Source: a virus. Taken from it: 32,569 nt of DNA. The stretch lies in IMG/VR virus record IMGVR_UViG_3300045988_173836, positions 1 through 32,569 of that record; one strand, given 5' to 3'. Position 1 is the first letter of the stretch. Each line of letters begins with the position of its first letter. The translations under genes and the position numbers were made by a program. Of the stretch, positions 5,934 through 12,614 are shown piece by piece. The notes under the pieces are model-generated. The model was not told the origin of the DNA and made no database searches. It was given only the letters and a program-made list of their open reading frames with translations.

Positions 5934-6707
5934 TCAATCTAATTTTGTAAATAAGCCGTTCAATTCCTCGTTGCTGTACTCTTGCCGCTCAATCTCTACG
6001 CCGCCGATTGCGTTTGTTTCAGGCTTTTTTCTTTTGCGTATCGGTGCATTTAGGTAACTGTCAAACTTCGTTCCAAACAGCGTTTGCGGACGCAAATAAG
6101 CCGCAAATTCCGTTTCGCTCCATTCTTCGCACTTCTTGTCAATCACCGTCTTGAAGTCCGCCACCGTGTAGCCGTCTTTAAGTCTTGCTGTTATTAGTCG
6201 AACATTAACCGCCGATTTTGCCGAGTACTTTGTGTGCAATTTGTCGTTCAAATACGCAACGATTTCCGCAACTTGACCTATATATATATTATTATTTGAT
6301 GTTTTAGTATTTGATGTATTAGTATATTGTTGTTTTTGTTGTGCGTGATTTTCTACCGATAGAATTTCAACCCCTTGATTTTCTACCCCTTGTTTTTCAC
6401 CCTGCTGTATTTGCGGCAATTCGTAAATGTCGTATTCGTAGGATATCCGTCCCCCGTTGTTTTTGTCGGGTAAATTTTTCCGCACCACTAAATAGCCACA
6501 ATCTTTGAGTTCCGACAACGCTGTTTTTATTGCCGTTTCATTTTCTTGGCATATACCACACAAGCCTTTTATTGAGTACTTCCAGTCGTCGTCTAATGCC
6601 AACATCAACGACAGCAGCCCTTTTGCTTTTAGGCTCATATCCTTACGTTTTAAGTGCAACGTACTCATTGTGGTATAGTTTGTGTCTTTATGTACTATAA
6701 ATCTCAT
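5934..6707 (-). CDS. Replisome organizer / replication initiation protein (N-terminal wHTH, DnaD-like, conserved phage C-terminus)
   Basis: The N-terminus LKAKGLLSLMLALDDDWKYSIKGLCGICQENETAIKTALSELKDCGYLV is typical of phage replication-organizer wHTH domains. The C-terminus YLNDKLHTKYSAKSAVNVRLITARLKDGYTVADFKTVIDKKCEEW...LRPQTLFGTKFDSYLN matches the Phg_2220_C-type domain from memory. GAGGTG RBS. Confidence 0.75.
   Translation of the reverse strand: MRFIVHKDTNYTTMSTLHLKRKDMSLKAKGLLSLMLALDDDWKYSIKGLCGICQENETAIKTALSELKDCGYLVVRKNLPDKNNGGRISYEYDIYELPQIQQGEKQGVENQGVEILSVENHAQQKQQYTNTSNTKTSNNNIYIGQVAEIVAYLNDKLHTKYSAKSAVNVRLITARLKDGYTVADFKTVIDKKCEEWSETEFAAYLRPQTLFGTKFDSYLNAPIRKRKKPETNAIGGVEIERQEYSNEELNGLFTKLD
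6279..6402. other. Putative origin of replication inside the organizer gene: AT-rich repeats plus GATTTTCTACC iterons
   Basis: 6279..6345 is nearly pure A/T, with TATTTGATGT at 6293 and 6309 and TAGTAT at 6305 and 6321. GATTTTCTACC occurs at 6347 and 6377, with a degenerate GTTTTTCACCC at 6392. The region maps to the low-complexity interdomain linker (GVENQGVEILSVEN...TNTSNTKTSNNN). Confidence 0.5.
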
Positions 6708-6729
6708 TCCACATCACCTCGCTTAGGTA

Positions 6730-6778
6730 ACAAAAAGCGACTTGCTACTCGGTAGGGCAGTACCTTTCGCAAATCGCT
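6730..6778 (-). terminator. Intrinsic-terminator-like hairpin in the leader of the replication gene
   Basis: The minus strand reads AGCGATTTGC gaaa GGTA ctgccc TACC gagta GCAAGTCGCT TTTTTG. That is a 10-bp outer stem (one G.U), a 4-bp inner stem and a U-run. It lies about 55-105 nt downstream of P2 and 24 nt upstream of the RBS of 5934..6707. Confidence 0.6.
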
Positions 6779-6841
6779 GAATGTTAAAGATTAAGTTCGC
6801 GCCGACCGAATTTGTCTGCCCACAAACTCAATCTTCCCTAT

Positions 6842-6870
6842 CATTATATGCCTATTCTTCGCCGATGTCA
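6842..6870 (-). promoter_or_regulatory. Sigma70-type promoter P2: TTGACA-17 nt-TATAAT (perfect consensus)
   Basis: The minus strand reads ggtaTTGACAtcggcgaagaataggcaTATAATgatagg. The -35 lies in the last codons of the GIY-YIG gene and the -10 just after its stop. Confidence 0.7.
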
Positions 6871-7421
6871 ATACCTTTCGGCGAAAAAAGCGCAATAAAT
6901 TTTTGATACATCCGTTCCGACAGCCTGCCGCCCTTGGGGACAACGTCAACGTACTTCAACAGTCGTTGCACTTCCTTGATTAGGTCGTCACGCCCTTGTT
7001 GCTTTCCGTCGTAGTACCCACGGCTCGGTTTTGCGTCTATGCCGCGTTTGCCCACGCCCTGGCTGCCCGTCGTGTGATTCCGCAACTGATAGCCGGCGTT
7101 TGCGTACTTTTTGATGTAAAACTGTTCCTTTTCGTCCAGTTTGTCCTTGGCGCAAAAAATCTGCCATACGTTGTACCCCGTCGGGTTGCCAACGCCGTAA
7201 AAGCCGTGTTTTTTAAGCGACAAATCGATGTGTTGATACCCTGCCAGGTGTTCGGCAAGGCGCGTCCATACGTGCAAACTTTGCCCGATGTATGCGTATT
7301 TTATGCCGTCCTCTTCGCGCGTCAGAATGTAAATTCCGCAATCGTCCGTAATGGTCGGAAACGCTTTGCGTATTTTTGTCTTGTTGCTTGCCAGGATAGC
7401 GTAACGTTGTTTGTAGTCCAT
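6852..7421 (-). CDS. GIY-YIG nuclease domain protein (free-standing homing-endonuclease-like)
   Basis: CGIYILTREEDGIKYAYIGQSLHVWTRLAEH...EKEQFYIKKY carries the GIY...YIG, Arg and Glu landmarks of the GIY-YIG fold. Start moved to the ATG at 7421, 6 nt after GAGGTGG. Confidence 0.75.
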   Translation of the reverse strand: MDYKQRYAILASNKTKIRKAFPTITDDCGIYILTREEDGIKYAYIGQSLHVWTRLAEHLAGYQHIDLSLKKHGFYGVGNPTGYNVWQIFCAKDKLDEKEQFYIKKYANAGYQLRNHTTGSQGVGKRGIDAKPSRGYYDGKQQGRDDLIKEVQRLLKYVDVVPKGGRLSERMYQKFIALFSPKGIDIGEE

Positions 7422-7432
7422 TTCCGCCACCT

Positions 7433-7816
7433 CTAAAACGGGATGTCCTCGTCGTCAATCGGTTTAAGTCGGTTGATGTCGCTGTCCGCGCCGTTGTTTG
7501 CGTTTTGCGCCGCATTTTCCTTACTTCCGACAAACTCTACGCGGTCAACCCTTACGTCCGCCTTGGTGCGTTTCACGCCGTCACGCTCGTAAGTGTCGAT
7601 GTACAGCGAGCCTTGGACAATGACCTGTCTGCCCTTTACAAGGTAGCGGTTCACGAGTTCCGCCGTCTTGCCCCAGGCGGTGCAGTCTATGAAGTCGGTT
7701 TTTTCTTGCCCTACGCGGTCAACTGCAAGGGAAAATTTAGCGTAGTTTTGACCGCCCTGCGTTATCGCGAACGACGGGTCTTTCGTGAGCCTGCCACAAA
7801 GTATAATAGTGTTCAT
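7433..7816 (-). CDS. ssb: Single-stranded DNA-binding protein
   Basis: MNTIILCGRLTKDP...AKFSLAV...FIDCTAWGKTAE...YLVKGRQVIVQGSL is a canonical OB-fold SSB, with the acidic tail DDEDIPF. GGAGA RBS. The track ORF is trimmed from 7876. Confidence 0.9.
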   Translation of the reverse strand: MNTIILCGRLTKDPSFAITQGGQNYAKFSLAVDRVGQEKTDFIDCTAWGKTAELVNRYLVKGRQVIVQGSLYIDTYERDGVKRTKADVRVDRVEFVGSKENAAQNANNGADSDINRLKPIDDEDIPF

Positions 7817-7818
7817 TC

Positions 7819-8130
7819 TTAAATCTCCTTTAATTCGTTTAGTTCGATGTAGTTTCGTCCGACAAGCGACATCCACTCGTCGAACGTGTGTGTTTGTAAA
7901 AATTTGCGCTGACAGTCCGCTTTTAGTCGGCGGTCAACTTCTCGGTTAAAATGTACGCCGTTTGGGCGTTCGTTGTGGCAATCGTGGCACAACATTACGG
8001 TAAAGCCTTGTTCGGTGGACATCTTGCGCTGATATTTGCCGAAGATGTGGTGACATTCCAACGCCACCGACCGACCGCACAAGTAGCAATGTGCGGTGTC
8101 GGCTTGCAATATGCTTTGTTTGTACTTCAT
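7819..8130 (-). CDS. HNH-fold nuclease (NinG/DUF968-like small protein)
   Basis: CYLCGRSVALECHHIFGK...LCHDCHNERPNGVH has the CxxC...HH...CxxCH metal-binding HNH pattern. Confidence 0.65.
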   Translation of the reverse strand: MKYKQSILQADTAHCYLCGRSVALECHHIFGKYQRKMSTEQGFTVMLCHDCHNERPNGVHFNREVDRRLKADCQRKFLQTHTFDEWMSLVGRNYIELNELKEI

Positions 8131-8351
8131 TTTACTGCCAGCCGGTACTCGGCAAAGTTTACTTCGTTACCGTAGCGGTTAACGCTCGTGCGCATTATAG
8201 TTACAATTGCGTATTCGCGGCGCAAAATGTAAATCATCGCCGATAAACGCGTTATGCCGTACTTCTCAAACGCTTCCATACTCGTGATTGAGCCGTATCT
8301 CTTGATGTGTCGCAGCACTTCTTGCTTTTGATTAGTTATCTTTTCTCCCAT
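8127..8351 (-). CDS. Small winged-helix DNA-binding protein (74 aa)
   Basis: QKQEVLRHIKRYGSITSMEAFEKYGITRLSAMIYILRREY is a typical wHTH pattern. GGAGG RBS. Confidence 0.55.
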   Translation of the reverse strand: MGEKITNQKQEVLRHIKRYGSITSMEAFEKYGITRLSAMIYILRREYAIVTIMRTSVNRYGNEVNFAEYRLAVK

Positions 8352-8883
8352 TTTCTGCCTCCCATTTTGCCGTCATTTCGGCGATTTCTTTCGGCGTTGC
8401 CGTTTCAATGCCGAGTTGCTTTGCCTCGTCAATCGTGCCCTCAATCAGGCGCGACATCTCTTTGCTGTCCATTGTGTGCGTTTGCTTGTAAAGCAAGTAT
8501 GTTGACGTTCCGTCCGATGTGTTAAGCCACAGGTAGTAACGCCAAAAGTTCTCGATGTTTGCCGTTTCGGGAATTGTTACCGCGTACAACGGTGTTCCAT
8601 ACCGTGTAACAAGTTGCGTTTTCATTTCGTCCATAGTGCCACCAAGTGCGGCGGCAATCTTGTCGCACAATACGTGAAAATAAGCGTTTGCGTCTAAACT
8701 GCGGTGTTTTTTCAACCTGTCAACAACTATTCCAACGTCCTTGCCGTTTGTAAGCCGTTCTTTTGCGTTTTCTACGGCGTTTTGCACTTTGGTGGTAAAT
8801 TGCCCGTCAATTAGTATTGACATCTGCAACGTACCGTCAAAGCCCTTAAACAAGTTGATGTCTTTAATCTTGATTTGTTCCAT
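8332..8883 (-). CDS. NinB/Orf-like recombination mediator (183 aa)
   Basis: KHRSLDANAYFHVLCDKIA and HTMDSKEMSRLIEGTIDEAKQLGIE parallel lambda NinB RNRSLDQNRKLWACLGDVS and STSRMRVGEFAELLELIQAFG (from memory). It sits between the nuclease and SSB in a recombination module. Confidence 0.5.
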   Translation of the reverse strand: MEQIKIKDINLFKGFDGTLQMSILIDGQFTTKVQNAVENAKERLTNGKDVGIVVDRLKKHRSLDANAYFHVLCDKIAAALGGTMDEMKTQLVTRYGTPLYAVTIPETANIENFWRYYLWLNTSDGTSTYLLYKQTHTMDSKEMSRLIEGTIDEAKQLGIETATPKEIAEMTAKWEAENGRKDN

Positions 8884-9778
8884 TGTCTTTTACCGTTACT
8901 CTGACGCTTGCCTTTGTCGTTGTTGTTTTCAAACAATTAGCGTAAACGTCGGGGTATTCCGCTTTTAACCGCGCCGTGTCTACTCGGTCGGTCTCGTGCG
9001 CCGCCACGTAGGCAATGCGGACGTGCTTGCCGTTGTAGTTTACAATGCCTTGTTTTTGCATTTCGTCACACATCTTTTGCCTGAACGCTTTTACTTGTTC
9101 TTCCTGCGCCTTTATCTGCGCTTGTAAGGAACAAAGCGCGAGTTCGGCACTTTCCCATTGTTGCGGTAGATTTTCATCCTGTGTCGCAAGCGTTGGCGCG
9201 AGATAGTAGTCACCGTTGCACTCGCAATCAAGCAACTTCTGTACTTCGCTCATAGGTTTGTGTTCGAGTTCGACCACCGTCATTTTGCCCTTGTTGAAGT
9301 GCAAACAATACAAGTGCGCTTCGCCCCAGCTCCTGTACGTTCCATCAATCATAGCGTCGTAAACGCTTGTTTGCCACGTCACGTAGTCTTTCGGGCATTT
9401 CGATGTGAACTTATAGTCAACGATAAACGGTTCTAACGTGCCTTTTAACGTGCCGTGTAGGTCAACGCTTCCGCATATAGTGTAGCCGTTCTTACGGTAG
9501 GCAAACGCCTTTTCTGCAATTGCCGTTTGTACGTGCGCATCAAACCATTCCTTGAATTGCCGACCATAGTCGCTTTCAGACTCACCGCCGTTCACTATGC
9601 GCTCCATTTCTTCGTGAAACTTTGTCCCGGCGTCCGCTTTTGCGTTTAACACGGCTTTGGACACCCCCGAAAGGTCGGGGGCAAGTCCTTGGTCGTGCAA
9701 CATTGCCGTGACGCTTGTTTGTGCAATGTCGCCGTCAACGAAGTAGGCGTGCGTGTCTTTGTCTAACGAGATAATCAC
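8864..9778 (-). CDS. PD-(D/E)XK (RecB/Cas4-like) exonuclease
   Basis: N-terminal DKDTHAYFVDGDIAQTSVTAML, then GSVDLHG...EPFIVDYKFTSK (D...D/E-x-K). GTG start with GGAGGTG RBS and a GTGA overlap with erf. It partners with an ERF annealase. Confidence 0.65.
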   Translation of the reverse strand: MIISLDKDTHAYFVDGDIAQTSVTAMLHDQGLAPDLSGVSKAVLNAKADAGTKFHEEMERIVNGGESESDYGRQFKEWFDAHVQTAIAEKAFAYRKNGYTICGSVDLHGTLKGTLEPFIVDYKFTSKCPKDYVTWQTSVYDAMIDGTYRSWGEAHLYCLHFNKGKMTVVELEHKPMSEVQKLLDCECNGDYYLAPTLATQDENLPQQWESAELALCSLQAQIKAQEEQVKAFRQKMCDEMQKQGIVNYNGKHVRIAYVAAHETDRVDTARLKAEYPDVYANCLKTTTTKASVRVTVKDNGTNQD

Positions 9779-10410
9779 GCAAACACCTCCTGCGCTTCCG
9801 CTTTGGCAAGTGCTTCCTTTTTCTTCGTAATAGCCGTCTGAACGACATCATACGGCAACTGCGCCGAGATTAAAACCGTGCCCATTTTCTTGTTATACCA
9901 GGCGGTTGTTTGTTCAAGGTTCACGCCAAGTGCGGCTGCTTCGGCAAGTTGTTCCTTTGTCGCAACCAAAGGCGTTTGTTTGCCTTTTACGGCGGTTTTA
10001 TCTGTGCCGGTAGTGTTTGTTGTGTCGCTGTCTTTCGTGTCGTCAATTGCAAACAAACCGTTCAAAGCGTACTTTCTTGCGTAACTACTGCTTGCGCCTG
10101 TAACCTGGCTGCCGTCCATTCCTTTCTTCTCTTCTTCTTCGCGTGCATAGGCTGACACGGTGAGTTGCGTTTGCGTTTCCGCGTCAATCAGCGCAGCAGT
10201 CGCTTTTACATAAAATCTGTTGCCGATGTTCATTATCTCGTCGGACAGCAATACAAGCGTGCCCGTTTCTGCGCACAACGGCTTGACCGCTTCAAGTATG
10301 TCCTCGGCGTTGCGGTAAGCGTACTTGCCGAATGAGTTGTACTGACCTTTCGGTGCTTTGAGTTTTTGCTGAATTGTTGCAAGTTTTTGCGTAATTGTTT
10401 GTTGTTCCAT
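9775..10410 (-). CDS. erf: ERF-family single-strand annealing protein
   Basis: KLATIQQKLKAPKGQYNSFGKYAYRNAEDILEAVKPLCAETG...GASSSYARKYALNGLFAIDD is the hallmark ERF N-terminal core. GGAGG RBS. Confidence 0.85.
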   Translation of the reverse strand: MEQQTITQKLATIQQKLKAPKGQYNSFGKYAYRNAEDILEAVKPLCAETGTLVLLSDEIMNIGNRFYVKATAALIDAETQTQLTVSAYAREEEEKKGMDGSQVTGASSSYARKYALNGLFAIDDTKDSDTTNTTGTDKTAVKGKQTPLVATKEQLAEAAALGVNLEQTTAWYNKKMGTVLISAQLPYDVVQTAITKKKEALAKAEAQEVFA

Positions 10411-10431
10411 TTTTTGCCTCCGTTTTTTTGA

Positions 10432-10785
10432 TTACATATTGAAACCGAACAGTCCGGACAGTGCTATTCTGCGCGCTGTCTCGACCGCTTCTTCTGTGTT
10501 GCCGTCGTAGCAGTCTTTCTTGCCGTCTTTGTAACTTCCCAGGTGTTCCGCCTCGCCCGTCGTGGCGATTACTCTGTCGCAGTTCGGATCGATAAGTCTT
10601 GCCACCGTTTTGTTGTAGTAACGTCCGCCTTTGCACTCTATCGTGTCATTCAACAACAACGCAAGGTTGTATCGGCGACAAATTTCCGCCAAGTTTTCCG
10701 CGGTTAGTGTCGTGCAAGTGTTTGCCACGTAGCCTTGAATTGCTATGAGTTTTTCTTCGATTGTCAACGTTTGTTCTTGTTCCAT
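10432..10785 (-). CDS. Hypothetical protein (117 aa)
   Basis: AGGAGC RBS. No motifs recognised. Lies between the HTH gene and erf. Confidence 0.6.
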   Translation of the reverse strand: MEQEQTLTIEEKLIAIQGYVANTCTTLTAENLAEICRRYNLALLLNDTIECKGGRYYNKTVARLIDPNCDRVIATTGEAEHLGSYKDGKKDCYDGNTEEAVETARRIALSGLFGFNM

Positions 10786-10797
10786 TTTTTTGCTCCT

Positions 10798-10974
10798 TTA
10801 CTTTTTATTTACAACGGCTAAAATTTTTGCCGCGGTAAGCCTGCTCGGTTTTTGCTTTCCGCTTTCCACGCGCGCAACCGTCACGTAGTTCAGGTCGCAC
10901 AGTTTCGCCAATTCAACCAGCGTAATGTTGTGCGCCGCTCTGTAAGCGGTCATTTTTACTCTTAGTTCGTCCAT
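10798..10974 (-). CDS. XRE/Cro-type helix-turn-helix transcriptional regulator (58 aa)
   Basis: Below the track cutoff and translated by hand: MDELRVKMTAYRAAHNITLVELAKLCDLNYVTVARVESGKQKPSRLTAAKILAVVNKK. Classic HTH_XRE pattern. GGAGGA RBS. Confidence 0.7.
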   Translation of the reverse strand: MDELRVKMTAYRAAHNITLVELAKLCDLNYVTVARVESGKQKPSRLTAAKILAVVNKK

Positions 10975-10984
10975 CTGTTCCTCC

Positions 10985-11338
10985 TTATCTGTCTACATTT
11001 AGCGCGGTTCTGCCGCTCCCACACGATACGCGGTAACATCCTCCGTCGCTCGCTGTCGATTGCAAACTACCGCACGAGTACTTGCCCGTGTACTTCGTCG
11101 CAACGTGTTTCTTCACGTCCGACATTTCGTTAACTATGATGTCGAAAACGTGCGGAGCGTTATTGCAGCAACACGTCACGACTTGTCCCTCAGCCTCGCA
11201 AAAGGCGAATGCGTCTTTGAGTATCAATAGTTCATTTTCCAGGCGGTGCTGTTTCGCACCGTCGCCCGCTTTCTTCGCAATTGTCAGATTTCTCTTGACC
11301 GACTTTATCCGCACATACACGTCATTGATGTTAAGCAT
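10985..11338 (-). CDS. Hypothetical protein (117 aa)
   Basis: TAATG overlap with the upstream small ORF. Cys-containing (VVTCCCNNAPH). No family recognised. Confidence 0.6.
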   Translation of the reverse strand: MLNINDVYVRIKSVKRNLTIAKKAGDGAKQHRLENELLILKDAFAFCEAEGQVVTCCCNNAPHVFDIIVNEMSDVKKHVATKYTGKYSCGSLQSTASDGGCYRVSCGSGRTALNVDR

Positions 11339-11502
11339 TACAACAACCCCCTCAAAGTGTCCATAACGTCAAGGTCTTGCGCTTTTTTCACGAGGTTGTC
11401 CTTGCCGTAGAAGTGACAGCCGATGTTCCAAAATGCAACGACTGCGTTCGTGTTCATTCCTTGTTCTCGCATAAAGCCTAACTGCCCCAAAAATGCCGAC
11501 AT
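11338..11502 (-). CDS. Small hypothetical protein (54 aa)
   Basis: Below the track cutoff and translated by hand: MSAFLGQLGFMREQGMNTNAVVAFWNIGCHFYGKDNLVKKAQDLDVMDTLRGLL. GTGAGGTGAAAAG-ATG RBS. Confidence 0.5.
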   Translation of the reverse strand: MSAFLGQLGFMREQGMNTNAVVAFWNIGCHFYGKDNLVKKAQDLDVMDTLRGLL

Positions 11503-11511
11503 CTTTTCACC

Positions 11512-11637
11512 TCACAAACAAAGAAAATCGCCGTTTTGCCAAACGATTTGACCGTAGCCTTTGCGTTTCAGGTTTTCAAGCGTTGAATTTCTTGGATAAC
11601 GCCACATCTTCTTGCCTCTTGCATAGTAAGTTTTCAT
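11512..11637 (-). CDS. Small basic hypothetical protein (41 aa), first ORF after the early promoter
   Basis: The track ORF 11512..11742 would run through the promoter itself. It is trimmed to the ATG at 11637, preceded by AAGGAGA: MKTYYARGKKMWRYPRNSTLENLKRKGYGQIVWQNGDFLCL. Confidence 0.4.
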   Translation of the reverse strand: MKTYYARGKKMWRYPRNSTLENLKRKGYGQIVWQNGDFLCL

Positions 11638-11680
11638 TTTCCGTTTTCTCCTTTGGGGTTTTCCCCTATCGTCTGCCTTT

Positions 11681-11709
11681 ATTATACGCCCCGTTTTCGG
11701 TTTTGTCAA
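11681..11709 (-). promoter_or_regulatory. Sigma70-type early promoter P1: TTGACA-17 nt-TATAAT (perfect consensus)
   Basis: The minus strand reads cagTTGACAaaaccgaaaacggggcgTATAATaaagg. The leader contains a GGGGaaaaCCCC hairpin just before the RBS. Confidence 0.75.
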
Positions 11710-11720
11710 CTGTTTTTTGC

Positions 11721-11754
11721 AACATTTTTCAATAATTTTCAATAATTTTCAACA
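11721..11754. repeat. Phased 10-bp direct repeats (TTGAAAATTA x2, TTGAAAAATG, then TTGCAAAAAA) upstream of P1
   Basis: The minus strand reads gTTGAAAATTATTGAAAATTATTGAAAAATGTTGCAAAAAACAGTTGACA. TTGnAAAA motifs are spaced 10, 10, 10 and 12 nt apart and end in the -35 hexamer. Confidence 0.8.
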
Positions 11755-11788
11755 CGAAAAACAACCGCCTGCAAGCGCAAACGGTTGT
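11755..11788 (-). terminator. Rho-independent terminator closing the late operon
   Basis: The minus strand reads ACAACCGTTTGC gctt GCAGGCGGTTGT TTTTCG, a 12-bp stem (two G.U), a tetraloop and a U-run. It begins 10 nt after the stop of 11799..12614. Confidence 0.75.
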
Positions 11789-11798
11789 CGTAGTGTAT

Positions 11799-12614
11799 TT
11801 AATTTTGTTTACCGAGCCACGCTTCGTAACGGTCGAGGAAGTCTATCAGACGCAATAAGTAGTCTTTATGCGCGCCCGAGATAAGGCTGCGCCCGGTTCG
11901 AATAGAGTAGAAAATCGTCATTCCGATAATTGCTACCCAGTATACAAACTTCATAAGTCCGTTGAGCGTAAACTGCGCGTTCTCAAATAAAAAGAACGAG
12001 CCGACAAGCGATGTGACGACAGAAGTCAGTATTTTTGCAAACAATCGCCAAAATTCTTCCTGCCCCGTGTGATTTTTGATGTCGTAGGCGAGTTTAACGG
12101 ACGTTACGGCGGTAATTTCGGTGTCCTTGATAACTTCTACCGCACTGCGCGAACGCCGCTCTATGCGCAAAATACGGCGTTGTATGCGGTCAGGCTTTTC
12201 AAACTTGTCGCGGTATTCTTCCGACTTTTGCCACAACTCGTAATCTACGCCAAGCCTGGCGCACCTGTTTACGATGTAGGCGTGTCTGTTTTCGTCGGTG
12301 GCAAATTTGCAAAACTTTGCCAATTCTTCATACTTTGTCTTGTCTTTGGCAATTTCCATACGCTTGTTTGCCGCCTCGGTCGTTTGCATAACTTCGGGCA
12401 TTTTGTAGCCGTCCGTTTTGCCTTGCGGTATCCACGTTGCAATCATAATTATTTGCAAAACCAGCCCAAAGCCTAACTCGGCGTAAAATTTTGGCGATTT
12501 TAAGTCTATCGTGATGTTGAGCACGACAAACATCATTACCGCCAACAGCAATATAACCGCCGATGTTATCAGATACGGCAATTTATCCGATAATTTGCCG
12601 AAACTTTTAATCAT
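11799..12614 (-). CDS. Membrane protein, 2+2 TM segments around a charged about 130-aa loop (271 aa)
   Basis: TMs: LPYLITSAVILLLAVMMFVVL, GFGLVLQIIMIATWI, FWRLFAKILTSVVTSLVGSFFLF, FVYWVAIIGMTIFYSI. It is the last gene of the late operon. Confidence 0.7.
   Translation of the reverse strand: MIKSFGKLSDKLPYLITSAVILLLAVMMFVVLNITIDLKSPKFYAELGFGLVLQIIMIATWIPQGKTDGYKMPEVMQTTEAANKRMEIAKDKTKYEELAKFCKFATDENRHAYIVNRCARLGVDYELWQKSEEYRDKFEKPDRIQRRILRIERRSRSAVEVIKDTEITAVTSVKLAYDIKNHTGQEEFWRLFAKILTSVVTSLVGSFFLFENAQFTLNGLMKFVYWVAIIGMTIFYSIRTGRSLISGAHKDYLLRLIDFLDRYEAWLGKQN

Noticed and set aside
10292-10636. Overlapping alternative-frame minus-strand ORFs: 10292..10636, 7213..7533, 7037..7258, 12840..13121, 19960..20229, 22386..22673, 24106..24300, 25950..26186, 28070..28309, 3373..3570, 3580..3813 and 4899..5150.
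   Set aside because: Each lies inside a better-supported gene in another frame. Each is Arg/Lys/Thr/Gln-rich or otherwise low in complexity and lacks an RBS.
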